Source: Candidatus Cloacimonadota bacterium (lineage in GTDB: Bacteria > Cloacimonadota > Cloacimonadia > Cloacimonadales > WRIO01). Taken from it: 43,320 nt of DNA. The stretch is from positions 1-43,320 of the forward strand of contig JAKQQL010000019.1 of assembly GCA_029564175.1 (NCBI GenBank). The letters run 5' to 3'. Shown piece after piece: positions 10,678-20,324 of the stretch. How positions within the stretch are numbered: the stretch's first letter is position 1; each line of letters starts with the position of its first letter. The notes under the pieces are model-generated. The model was not told where the DNA came from, did not search any database, and saw only the letters and a list, made by a program, of their open reading frames with translations. Both the position numbers and the translations under genes were made by a program.

Positions 10678-11530
10678 AAACGAAATATTGAGTTTATTGC
10701 AACAACAAAGTCAAGATTCTGCAAATCTATTGTATTACAGCTCCGTTTTAACAGAATTTAACAAAGCCATGTCAAATCCGGATGTTCAGGTTGATCAGTT
10801 AAGTAATATCATTGAAAAAGACCCTGGACTTACTGCTTCTGTGTTAAAAATGGCCAATTCTAGCTTTTATGGTTTATCTAAGCGTGTTGCAACAGTTAAA
10901 CATGCAGTATCTTTATTGGGTTATCGTGCGCTTGAAAAAATCTTTACTGTGAATTTACTCAATAAAGCCCTGAATAAACAAAAAACAGTTCATGGTGAAA
11001 ATCTCTGGAAGCACTCTTTGGCAACTGCTATCGCTGCTCAACAAATTATTGGAATTACTCAGCCCAAATATGTAGAACAGATCTTTACAGCCGGATTGTT
11101 ACATGATATTGGCAAGTTCTTTATCATGAATTTTCTCCCAGAAGAGTTTGATATGTTAATGAAGGAATTTACTAAGAATCCATATCAATATTCTTTACCA
11201 CTTGACAATAAGTGTATCGGACTCGATCATCAGCAGATAGGCGCTTTTTTTGCAGAATTATGGATGTTCCCTGAAACCGTAGTTTATTCAATCAAATATC
11301 ATCACAGTATTGACAATGCCCCAGCATATAAAGATGTCGTTGCAGCAATCAGTATTGGTAATAACATTGCAAAAGGGATGGAGCTGGGTCAGTCCACTTC
11401 CATGCTGGTAGAACTTGCTCCAAGATGGGTATGGAATTATCTGGGAATTAAAAGAAATGATTTTTCAAATCTTATACCTGTGATTCAACAGAAATATAAC
11501 GCTTATCTTGCTTTCCTGAATATCATGTAA
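10667..11530 (+). CDS. HDOD domain protein
   Basis: DPGLTASVLKMANSSFYG, LWKHS, GLLHDIGK and W.FP..V...I.YHH motifs; likely start ATG 10667. Confidence 0.9.
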   Translation: MKNKNEILSLLQQQSQDSANLLYYSSVLTEFNKAMSNPDVQVDQLSNIIEKDPGLTASVLKMANSSFYGLSKRVATVKHAVSLLGYRALEKIFTVNLLNKALNKQKTVHGENLWKHSLATAIAAQQIIGITQPKYVEQIFTAGLLHDIGKFFIMNFLPEEFDMLMKEFTKNPYQYSLPLDNKCIGLDHQQIGAFFAELWMFPETVVYSIKYHHSIDNAPAYKDVVAAISIGNNIAKGMELGQSTSMLVELAPRWVWNYLGIKRNDFSNLIPVIQQKYNAYLAFLNIM

Positions 11531-11531
11531 T

Positions 11532-13106
11532 ATGAAGAGTTTTTATACAGGGATTCCCTTTTTTGATAAAGTTTTATCAAATTTGGAAATTAACCACACA
11601 TACGGCATCAGGACAAACTATACCAGATTATCCTTGTTGTTTATTGTGCAGTCTGTTATTGCACATTTAAAATTAAAGAAAAAAGTGATTATATTATGTA
11701 ATTCAAATCCAGACTCTCTAATTGATGAATTTTTATCTTTTGATTTTGATATTCAATCATGTATCGAAAATCAGGATTTAATCATACTAGAACAACCACC
11801 TGAATTGGATATTATACTTTCTAGTTTAAACAACATTGAAATGATTTTTGATGATTTACAAACTTACATCAAGCACTTTGAACCGGATTTTATCTATTTT
11901 GAATCACTAAAATCATTTATTCCCCGAAATAATGTCTCTTCAAGTAAAGTCATCATTAATCGCTTGATAAACATTTTAAAAAATTATTCATGTACTCATT
12001 TTATTGACTTTTCAAACATCGATTATGATTTACAGTTATATTTTGAAAAGCAAATTTTTGCTTTGTTTTCTTTTAAATTCAATTATAAAGGGGGAATTCA
12101 TTATCTGACTTTCCGGTTGACTAATTCTGATACACACCATGATATCGCTTTTAGTATTCAGTCTCAACAATATTTTGTTCTCCCTCAGCTCGACTTGAAA
12201 CCAAACATCTCTATCAACGAGATTGATACAATTTTCTTGCAAAAAGAAATTAAGAGCCTTCAAGAACCTTTATCAAAAATGGTTACAAAACAAACGCATT
12301 TTATCGTATTTGACATTATTGATCAGGTGATAGAAAAGCTTTATAAAAATAACAACATTTTATTTTTACCCATCAATTATAACAATGTCAACGGATTAAA
12401 ACTCGCTTACCAGTTAAAAAACAAACTGGATACGACAAAGATTGTAATTGTTATCAGCCATAATACGAATCCAAATCAAAAAGTCAGGATTTTACGATTG
12501 GGAATTGACCATTTTTTAGAGTTTCCTTATACTCAAAATATGTTGTATGCTCTTTTAACAAAATTGTTTCCTGTAATCCCCTACAACGAGAAAAAGCTGA
12601 TGGTTTCAGTGCTATTTAACAATGATGTTCAATTCAACTCAGACAATAATCACATCGTTTACTTCGATAATGTATTCCGTGTTTTAAAAGAGTACATTTA
12701 TAAAAAAATAGCTGAAGCTGGCTCAATTCAATTTGTAAAAATCAAACTTCATGGTTTTGATTCATTTACTTTTATTCAAATTTTAAAGCAATATCAGGGT
12801 CTGTCATGTATTCTATCCAATCAGATTTCTGAGAATGACCTTCATTTGATTGCTATATTTATCAACATTCAGGAGAAAACTAAACTTCAACTTTTTAATC
12901 ATTTAAAAGACCACCTGATGAACACCTCAAAAGAGATTCAGACTGATTCAGATAATGCATTAAAAAATATATTCTTAAATGAACAGAAGAGTATAAATTT
13001 TCTCAAAAACATCAGTGACAATGTGAATCAACTCGAATTGATAAATTATCCATTCGATGAGGTAAATTTTGATCACTTAATCAAGAAGTTATTCGACAAT
13101 GCTTGA
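11532..13106 (+). CDS. Degenerate RecA/KaiC-like ATPase + pseudo-receiver + possible degenerate GGDEF-fold protein
   Basis: N-terminal TGIPFFD start typical of KaiC/RAD55 but no Walker A. Central REC-like segment NGLKLAYQLK...RLGIDHFLEFP lacks the phospho-Asp and Lys. C-terminal alpha/beta segment weakly resembles GGDEF. Confidence 0.55.
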   Translation: MKSFYTGIPFFDKVLSNLEINHTYGIRTNYTRLSLLFIVQSVIAHLKLKKKVIILCNSNPDSLIDEFLSFDFDIQSCIENQDLIILEQPPELDIILSSLNNIEMIFDDLQTYIKHFEPDFIYFESLKSFIPRNNVSSSKVIINRLINILKNYSCTHFIDFSNIDYDLQLYFEKQIFALFSFKFNYKGGIHYLTFRLTNSDTHHDIAFSIQSQQYFVLPQLDLKPNISINEIDTIFLQKEIKSLQEPLSKMVTKQTHFIVFDIIDQVIEKLYKNNNILFLPINYNNVNGLKLAYQLKNKLDTTKIVIVISHNTNPNQKVRILRLGIDHFLEFPYTQNMLYALLTKLFPVIPYNEKKLMVSVLFNNDVQFNSDNNHIVYFDNVFRVLKEYIYKKIAEAGSIQFVKIKLHGFDSFTFIQILKQYQGLSCILSNQISENDLHLIAIFINIQEKTKLQLFNHLKDHLMNTSKEIQTDSDNALKNIFLNEQKSINFLKNISDNVNQLELINYPFDEVNFDHLIKKLFDNA

Positions 13107-13434
13107 TCATTATTTTGCTATTATCATTACACTTACAGCCATTCTGTTTTTGCTACTAATTTTTCTGATTATTAGAGTATTCTTCTTTTCATCAGTAATT
13201 GAGAAATTAAAATCGCCCCTAGCCCCTAAAAAATCAACAAGCAGTGAGCTCGAACCCAAAAACGGATTTCAAAAAATGTGTATCAATCCTCTGAGTAAAC
13301 AAGAAAGACATTTTAAGATTTATAAAGGTCATTTTCAATTTTATCCGAAAAACACTCTAAGCCATATCGATTATAACATAAATGAATGTTCAGTATTCTC
13401 CATTTATAAAATGAAAAACAAGCGGGATAACTAA
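13099..13434 (+). CDS. Hypothetical single-pass membrane protein
   Basis: Long N-terminal hydrophobic helix; overlaps both neighbouring genes, consistent with an operon. Confidence 0.6.
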   Translation: MLDHYFAIIITLTAILFLLLIFLIIRVFFFSSVIEKLKSPLAPKKSTSSELEPKNGFQKMCINPLSKQERHFKIYKGHFQFYPKNTLSHIDYNINECSVFSIYKMKNKRDN

Positions 13435-13811
13435 TGGAAAAATTAAATACAAGCATCGAAAATATTCTGATAATTGATGAAAATATTGAAGTCTATAATG
13501 AATTAAACCAAATCCTGTTATCGTTCAATATAAAAACAAAGATCATAAATAATGCAATTTCTGCAATTAAAGAGATCGAAAAAGAAGAGTATCACTGTTT
13601 TTTTGTTGCTGAAAACCTAAAAAGTGAGAAGGCATACAAAATAATAGATTTAATTAAATGTTACTACCCTTATGCAATTGTGGTATTGATTGTTGAAAAT
13701 CCATCTGCAGAAATGATCATAAATTATGTCAAATATGGTATTGACAATGTGATATCAAAACCATTCCTGTGGTCTTCAGTAGAAAGTGTGATTACTTTTT
13801 ACAATTATTAA
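13434..13811 (+). CDS. Stand-alone atypical (pseudo-)receiver domain protein
   Basis: ILIIDE, YGIDNVISKPF; the phosphoacceptor position reads FFVAE instead of an Asp. Confidence 0.75.
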   Translation: MEKLNTSIENILIIDENIEVYNELNQILLSFNIKTKIINNAISAIKEIEKEEYHCFFVAENLKSEKAYKIIDLIKCYYPYAIVVLIVENPSAEMIINYVKYGIDNVISKPFLWSSVESVITFYNY

Positions 13812-14257
13812 TCTATCTGTATATGGATTACCTGTACTTTATCCTCTTTAATAGGAAACACAAATTTTAAAAAGCCTTCTTCATACTTAATCTCAGGATG
13901 ATGAATATCAATATTTAAATCAGGAAAATATATTTTTCTTTCAAAATCGCCTGATTCAATCTCCATATTATAAAAAGACACATTTTTATACTGATATTCA
14001 CAGTTTCTTTTTCCGTTTACTTTGATAAAGTTTTCATTGATAGAGTATCTGAGCTCTTTGTGATTGATATTTGCTATCTCCAGAATAATGTAAAGCTTGT
14101 CTGCAATAGAAAACATATCACAATGAGGTACCCAGTGACTATCAATATTATTCTGATCGAGTGTCATCGGATATTGTGTTAATGTACTTACTTCTGAAAC
14201 AATCTTCAGCATTTCCTGCTGAATTTCTTTGAGATTGTTAAAAAGCTTGTCTCTCAT
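13808..14257 (-). CDS. Hsp20/alpha-crystallin family protein
   Basis: PHCDM, VNGKR, EIESGDFERKI and YEEGFL motifs. Confidence 0.85.
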   Translation of the reverse strand: MRDKLFNNLKEIQQEMLKIVSEVSTLTQYPMTLDQNNIDSHWVPHCDMFSIADKLYIILEIANINHKELRYSINENFIKVNGKRNCEYQYKNVSFYNMEIESGDFERKIYFPDLNIDIHHPEIKYEEGFLKFVFPIKEDKVQVIHIQID

Positions 14258-15216
14258 TCTTCTTCCTTTTTATAAACACAGATATGACTCTGACTACTTC
14301 GTACTGATTCCATTAAAGCTTCTTCTGTTTGCTTAAACATGGTATCAAAATCTATCTCTTGCTCTCTGTTATCATTGATTCCCCATTTAAACTGAACAGC
14401 GATAAATCGTGGGTTTTTGATGATAGATGAATGAATTCTTTCGGCAACCATTTTAGCCGTATCTTTGTTAATCTCATTGTAGTAAATACCAAATGTGTCT
14501 GGATAAAGAATGCCCGCAAAATCTGTCTCTCTGATATTACTTTTAATCACCTCGGCAATCTCTTGTAAAAATTTGGGGAGCTTATGATTACCAATGACTT
14601 GGGTGATTTCATCAAGCTTGTTTATTTTTAAAAGACAGAGAGAAAAATCTCTTTTGTATCGAGACATTAATGTATGATTCTTCTTACAGTTTTTGATGAA
14701 TGATTTATGATTTAGCAAGCCTGTTACATTGTCCAGTTCATTGATTCTTTCGATGTGAAGCTGTAACTGATCAATTTCAAGAATAAAAGACAGCAATGCA
14801 ACATAGATATTTAACTTAGCAATCTCATAATTACTAAATCTTTCGTCCAGCTTGTCAATGAAGATAAAGCCAATAAATGAATTTTGAAAATAGATTGGGA
14901 AAATGATTAGATCAAGTGCTTCGTATTCAAATTTAATCTTCTTATCACTGCAATGTATGTATTTTAAGTTTTTTAATTCTTCAATCAGTTTATCATCTTC
15001 AGCGATGAGATGTTCCTTAACAAAATGGTGAGACAGATGTCTGTGAATTTTTACCTGATAATGACTTTCATTACGTGGTTTTAAATAAATACCCAGAGAT
15101 TGAAAGCTTACTTCATCTTCAATACTTCTGATAATATGGCTTAAGTTCTCTTCCATAGTGTTCTTACTGATAAGACTTAAACATAGTTCATCTAAATGTC
15201 TGAATCCGATTTCCAT
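14254..15216 (-). CDS. GAF + degenerate GGDEF protein with intact RxxD I-site
   Basis: GAF-like N-terminus, then DNVTGLLN and IRETD (RxxD); GGDEF replaced by YPDTF. Confidence 0.8.
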   Translation of the reverse strand: MEIGFRHLDELCLSLISKNTMEENLSHIIRSIEDEVSFQSLGIYLKPRNESHYQVKIHRHLSHHFVKEHLIAEDDKLIEELKNLKYIHCSDKKIKFEYEALDLIIFPIYFQNSFIGFIFIDKLDERFSNYEIAKLNIYVALLSFILEIDQLQLHIERINELDNVTGLLNHKSFIKNCKKNHTLMSRYKRDFSLCLLKINKLDEITQVIGNHKLPKFLQEIAEVIKSNIRETDFAGILYPDTFGIYYNEINKDTAKMVAERIHSSIIKNPRFIAVQFKWGINDNREQEIDFDTMFKQTEEALMESVRSSQSHICVYKKEEE

Positions 15217-15228
15217 TTGATACCTCCC

Positions 15229-16569
15229 CTAATAATTCTTGACTCTCTGTGTCCAGCTGATGTTGTCAGTTGTACCTGCTTTGATATTTCTTTCAATATA
15301 GATAGAATATGCATCTTTTTCTGTATAATTAAAATTCTTTTTGGTGATTGTATAGTTACCATTGTAAAGGTTGTGAAGAATCCTGACTTTAATATCTTCT
15401 TTCTTCTTATTTTCGATGGTTATCTGCATTTCTCTTTCGGTTTCATTACCTATTTTAGTATCTTTAATCACTTTTGATTTTGCAATGACATCAAAAGCTT
15501 TGCCCATTGTCAGTTCCACTTTTTGGTCCAGACTGGTATGATTGACATTATCTTCTCCAACAAACTCCAGATTATTATCAGCAGTATCTTTCAGATACAT
15601 TTTTACGATTCCTTTGGGTAAAGGCTCACCAAGTCCCTTGGATTTACTGTTAGTAAAAATAACCTTACTAAAGACTTCGGCACTCATACTGTTATAGTCA
15701 TAGATTTTCTCAATGTCTATCGTCTTAGGGTCAAAGAGAATCATTTGTTTGGTCTGTTTATCCTGAACGCTTACATTCTGGCTAAGAGTGTAAAGTCTAA
15801 AATCAGCAAACTGTTTTTCTTCAAATGAAGGAGAAGCAAGATCTTCTTTAGCCATTATCGCGCCTGCATTACTTCTGCCACCTCTTACCTGAATAGGTTG
15901 CATCTTATTCACATCTCCTGCTACCAGTTTCAGGCTTATATCATTGTATGCTTTACCACTTTGGTTATCAAGTGTTACCCAAGGGGTTAATTCCATCGTG
16001 TTACCTGTTAAAACGGCATTATAAGTCACAAACCATTTTAATCCACGGGTGATATAGGAAATGTCAACAGGGTAATTACCTTTGTCAGGTGCATTGATCT
16101 GCCAGTTAAGAGTTGGTTTGATATAGAAGTTATCCGGTAGATTTTTCAGTCTGATATTTTTCAATTCATACTTATTAAGGAGGTAGAGTTCTTTTGTGCT
16201 TTTATCCTGTAATCCGATACTTTGATTATCAAAGAAGATAAGAATGCCTGAAAAATCGCTGTTGTCTTTTAAAATAATGTTTATCTGGGCATTGAGGTAT
16301 TTTCTGAGGATAGCATCCGAGTTAGCCAAATCGTATTCATAGTTTTGAGCAAAGAGTTTAAGTTTATTGTCTTTTGATTTAAATACAAGAGATGTCGCCT
16401 CAATTTGGGAAGGGATATCATCAAACAAGTAGTTCTGAACTCCTTTTTCCAGCTGAATATCAAACTGGCTTCTGACAACTGCAAAGTTATCATTGTAAAT
16501 CGTTAGGTTTTCTTTGGCATTCAGACAGATAAAGCTAAGGGCTAAAAGACATAAAATGATTTTTTTCAT
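15229..16569 (-). CDS. Secreted DUF4139-family protein, paralog 2
   Basis: Signal peptide; LTIYNDNFAVVR, QNYEYDL, LVAGDV and PLPKGIVKMY motifs. Confidence 0.85.
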   Translation of the reverse strand: MKKIILCLLALSFICLNAKENLTIYNDNFAVVRSQFDIQLEKGVQNYLFDDIPSQIEATSLVFKSKDNKLKLFAQNYEYDLANSDAILRKYLNAQINIILKDNSDFSGILIFFDNQSIGLQDKSTKELYLLNKYELKNIRLKNLPDNFYIKPTLNWQINAPDKGNYPVDISYITRGLKWFVTYNAVLTGNTMELTPWVTLDNQSGKAYNDISLKLVAGDVNKMQPIQVRGGRSNAGAIMAKEDLASPSFEEKQFADFRLYTLSQNVSVQDKQTKQMILFDPKTIDIEKIYDYNSMSAEVFSKVIFTNSKSKGLGEPLPKGIVKMYLKDTADNNLEFVGEDNVNHTSLDQKVELTMGKAFDVIAKSKVIKDTKIGNETEREMQITIENKKKEDIKVRILHNLYNGNYTITKKNFNYTEKDAYSIYIERNIKAGTTDNISWTQRVKNY

Positions 16570-16591
16570 TATTTACTCTCCTTTTTTTAAT

Positions 16592-17923
16592 TCAATTATA
16601 TTTTTCTCTCTGAGTCCAAAACAAGGAATCAGTTGTACCGGCTTTAATTTTTCTGTTAATGTAAATAGAATAAGCGTCTTTCTCTGTATAATCAAAATTT
16701 TTACTGATAATTTGAGTATTATCATAGTAAAATATATGTTGTATTCTAAGCTCAATATCCTCATTCTTATTGTTTTCAATCACAATACTTAACTCATAAT
16801 CAGCTCCATGATTGAATTGAGTTGATTTAATCAATGTGGTTTTGGCGCTGACATCAAAGGTATTTCCCCTACTAAGTTCTACTTCCTGGTCTAGAGCAGT
16901 ATGAGCAATGTCATCTTCATCTACAAATACAAGGTTATCATTTTTATCTTTTAGATACATCATGACAATCCCTTTGGGGAGAGGTAGTCCTAAGCCGTTC
17001 TGTTCGCTGTTTTTAAACTTAACTTTACTGATTACTTCTTCGTTAAAAGAGGTATAATCATAAAATCTCTCATAGTCAACGGTTTTTGTATCAAAAAGAG
17101 CCATCTGTTTAATCTGATTTTCATTGATACTGACATTCTGGTCTAGCGTGTATAGATGATAATCGGCAAAGGCTTTTTCTTCAAATGCAGGATCCTTCAT
17201 AACAGATTTTTTAATTGTACAGATTTCCTCAATCCCTTCTTCATACTCATACTCTTCCTTGTTCAAATCACCTGCCATTAACTTAAGGCTGACATCCTTA
17301 TAAGATTTTCCACTTTGATTATCTATGGTGACCCAGGGAGATACTTCCATCTTGTCTGGATTAAGAACCACATTATAGGTGACAAACCAGTCGATAGCTT
17401 TCGTTATATAAGAGATGTCAAGGGGGTATTGGCCGGCTTTAGGAGCATCAATCTGCCATTTTAACGAAGGTTTAATGTAGAAATTACCTGGTAATTCGGG
17501 CAAATTGATATACATTATTTCACTTTTATTAATAAGATGCATTTCTTTGGTTTCGTTATCCTGAATACCATAACTATCCCCGACAAAAAATGTTAATGTG
17601 CCTGAATACCTGGATTTATCTCGCATAGTGATATCTATCTGTTTGTTCAGATACTTGTTCAGAATAGCGTTTGTCCCGGCCAGATCATATTCGTAATTTT
17701 GGGAGATTAGCATAAGTTTGTTATCTTGATTTTTAAAGACAAGCGAGTTGGTTTCAATCTGAGAAGGGATGTTATCATAAATATAGTTTTGAACCCCTTT
17801 TTCAAGTTGAATATCAAACTGGCTTCTTATTAAGGCAAATTCATCATTGTAAATCGTAATATTATCCTTTGCATTCAGGCAAAGAAAACTTAAGGTTAAT
17901 ATCACAAATAAGACTTTTCTCAC
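16592..17923 (-). CDS. Secreted DUF4139-family protein, paralog 1
   Basis: Same motifs as 15229-16569 and collinear with it; GTG start overlapping the udk stop. Confidence 0.85.
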   Translation of the reverse strand: MRKVLFVILTLSFLCLNAKDNITIYNDEFALIRSQFDIQLEKGVQNYIYDNIPSQIETNSLVFKNQDNKLMLISQNYEYDLAGTNAILNKYLNKQIDITMRDKSRYSGTLTFFVGDSYGIQDNETKEMHLINKSEIMYINLPELPGNFYIKPSLKWQIDAPKAGQYPLDISYITKAIDWFVTYNVVLNPDKMEVSPWVTIDNQSGKSYKDVSLKLMAGDLNKEEYEYEEGIEEICTIKKSVMKDPAFEEKAFADYHLYTLDQNVSINENQIKQMALFDTKTVDYERFYDYTSFNEEVISKVKFKNSEQNGLGLPLPKGIVMMYLKDKNDNLVFVDEDDIAHTALDQEVELSRGNTFDVSAKTTLIKSTQFNHGADYELSIVIENNKNEDIELRIQHIFYYDNTQIISKNFDYTEKDAYSIYINRKIKAGTTDSLFWTQREKYN

Positions 17924-18552
17924 TGATTGTTTTCCTTCGTCTTAAAAATATCATAAATCTTTGTAATAATCATATCGATAGCAATCTTGTTAAATCCGCC
18001 TTCAGGCACAATAATATCAGCATGGCGTTTACTGGGCTCCACAAATTCAATATGCATGGGTCTGACCGTTTCCAGATACTGATCAATAATACTGTCCAGG
18101 GATCTGCCACGTTCTTTGATGTCTCTTTGAATACGTCTGAGAATCCTGATATCGGCATCAGTATCCACAAAGATTTTGATATCCATAAGTTCTCTCAGCT
18201 TTTTATTATCAAAAATCAGAATTCCTTCGATGATAATGATTGATGTTGGCTGAATCATGATACTTTCATGACTGCGCAAATGATTTTTGAAATCATAAAT
18301 AGGCATTTCAATAGGGATTTTGTTTTTAAGAGATTCAATATGCTCAATAAAGAGATTGATGTCAAAAGAATTAGGATGGTCAAAATTAATTTTTGCTCTT
18401 TCTTCCATTGAAAGTTTGTCAAAATTTTTATAGTAATTGTCCTGCATCAGGATAGAAACTTTATTTTCAAAAGTGTTATTGATCTCCTTGGTAATGGTTG
18501 TTTTTCCTGAACCAGATCCACCGGCAATTCCTATTATAACGGGTTTACTCAT
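17920..18552 (-). CDS. udk: Uridine kinase
   Basis: GIAGGSGSGKTT, NFDHP, RRIQRDIKERGR and FVEPSKRHAD motifs. Confidence 0.95.
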   Translation of the reverse strand: MSKPVIIGIAGGSGSGKTTITKEINNTFENKVSILMQDNYYKNFDKLSMEERAKINFDHPNSFDINLFIEHIESLKNKIPIEMPIYDFKNHLRSHESIMIQPTSIIIIEGILIFDNKKLRELMDIKIFVDTDADIRILRRIQRDIKERGRSLDSIIDQYLETVRPMHIEFVEPSKRHADIIVPEGGFNKIAIDMIITKIYDIFKTKENNQ

Positions 18553-18624
18553 TCTTACCTCTTTTAATTCTCACTCTGTTTATCCATACATTTTAGTATA
18601 TATCTTTTAAAGTATGAAGTCAAT

Positions 18625-19188
18625 TTATTTTTTTGAAAAAATTGAAATCATTAAACCGGCTTCATGATTTAGTAACATGCTTTTGAAACGTAAGTCATTC
18701 ATGATAAAGTCCTGATATGCTTTAGTTGTTTCAGGATGAGAGCTTACATTATCAGCAACAATAACGGCTTTATCATGCAAAAATGGGATGATCAGTTGAA
18801 TATATTGAATGTAAGCAGGTTTGTTGGCATCGATAAATACAAAATCATATAGATTTGTGAGTCTAGGAATAACATCTTCTGCTTTACCCAGATATTGTTT
18901 AATTTGGGTCATTCCGCTTAAGTTTTCTTCTGCCATCTGATAGCGTTTTTCATCGACTTCTATCGTTTCCAGCAGGCAGTTGGTGTCTTGACAGGCAAGA
19001 CTCATCATGAAAGCTGAGTAGCCGTTTGATGTACCGATCTCTAAAATATGTTTTGGTGCTTTGATATCAACCAGAAAATGCAACAGTTGTGCACATTCCG
19101 GGTCTATATTCCAAAGACGTCTGATTTGCTGTTTTTGCATTTCAAAGCGCTCAAAGGGTTCTTTAAATTGTTTTTTTAGTTTTTCCAT
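18625..19188 (-). CDS. SAM-dependent O-methyltransferase (YrrM/COMT-like)
   Basis: LEIGTSNGYS, DFVFIDANK and VADN motifs. Confidence 0.88.
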   Translation of the reverse strand: MEKLKKQFKEPFERFEMQKQQIRRLWNIDPECAQLLHFLVDIKAPKHILEIGTSNGYSAFMMSLACQDTNCLLETIEVDEKRYQMAEENLSGMTQIKQYLGKAEDVIPRLTNLYDFVFIDANKPAYIQYIQLIIPFLHDKAVIVADNVSSHPETTKAYQDFIMNDLRFKSMLLNHEAGLMISIFSKK

Positions 19189-20324
19189 TTGTATGATCCA
19201 AAAGTTCCTTTTATGCCAAAATATAAAAAATAGGGAATATAAAGAATTTCTACCACAGGCAGTAGTGTTATTTTTATCTTCATATTCATTCTAATCAACC
19301 AGGTAAAAATCAGTAAAAATTCTGCGATCACTTTTATCCCAAAACTACTGATAAAAAACTGCCAGCTCAGCAATCCGGCTATACTGCTAATCAAGAGTAA
19401 TACCAAACCTAAATAGAAAACAGCTACACTGATCACGATTATCTTTAAATAAGCAGGGTAGTATTTCAGCTTTGAAGCTCTTCTGGTTTCCTGATGAATG
19501 TGATCATTAATATCTTTATCTTCGATAGCTGGAACGACAGATTGAGCTGTAAACATAAAATTGTATTTACGGGTATATTGACGTTGCAATAAAAGCATCA
19601 GATCATCATCACCAGATTTTATATGTCCAATCTGTGAAAAACCACCCGCTTTATCAAAATGGGCTCTTCTGTAAATCATATTTCGTGCTGTGCAGGTCAT
19701 CGCTAAATGCTGACCAAAGCTTCCTGAAGTCAGCGCAAAGATACTGATTCTTTCAAAAGATTTAAACCAGTCCAGGTAAGTAGGTTTAGTGTATATCAGC
19801 GGAGAATAGCCAACAATAAAGTCCGTTTTATCATCAATATGACGGTTGATTTCATTCAGCCATTCTTTCGAAGGTAAACAGTCTGCATCAGTATAAACCA
19901 GAAATTCAAACTGAGAATGGTCAATACCGATCTGTAATGCTCTTTTTTTACCACATAGAGACTGATATTTATTTTCATGCAAAAAATCAGCAACACTGTA
20001 TATTTTTAGATTGACTGTAGAACGACCATCCTGGTCACAAATAGTTTGAATCTCTTTTAAAATACCTAAAGTTTGATCTTCTGATAAGTCATCTACGATG
20101 ATGATTTCAAAGCAATCTACAGGATAATTCTGTTTAATCAGACAAGAACATAAATCTCTGATATGCTGGGCTTCATTACGGGCAGCAACAATCAAAGAGA
20201 ATTTTTCAAACTTCTGTTTATGTTTATAGACTTTATGTTTAAAATGTCCGGTTGACAGGTATAGAAAGAATAAAAGATAAAGAATGGACAAACATAATAC
20301 AGACCATCCTATCATTATGATCAT
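19176..20324 (-). CDS. Membrane glycosyltransferase family 2
   Basis: VAARNE, VDDLSED, GKKRAL, TDADC, SGDDD and QETRR motifs; TM helices at both ends. Confidence 0.9.
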   Translation of the reverse strand: MIIMIGWSVLCLSILYLLFFLYLSTGHFKHKVYKHKQKFEKFSLIVAARNEAQHIRDLCSCLIKQNYPVDCFEIIIVDDLSEDQTLGILKEIQTICDQDGRSTVNLKIYSVADFLHENKYQSLCGKKRALQIGIDHSQFEFLVYTDADCLPSKEWLNEINRHIDDKTDFIVGYSPLIYTKPTYLDWFKSFERISIFALTSGSFGQHLAMTCTARNMIYRRAHFDKAGGFSQIGHIKSGDDDLMLLLQRQYTRKYNFMFTAQSVVPAIEDKDINDHIHQETRRASKLKYYPAYLKIIVISVAVFYLGLVLLLISSIAGLLSWQFFISSFGIKVIAEFLLIFTWLIRMNMKIKITLLPVVEILYIPYFLYFGIKGTFGSYKWKN

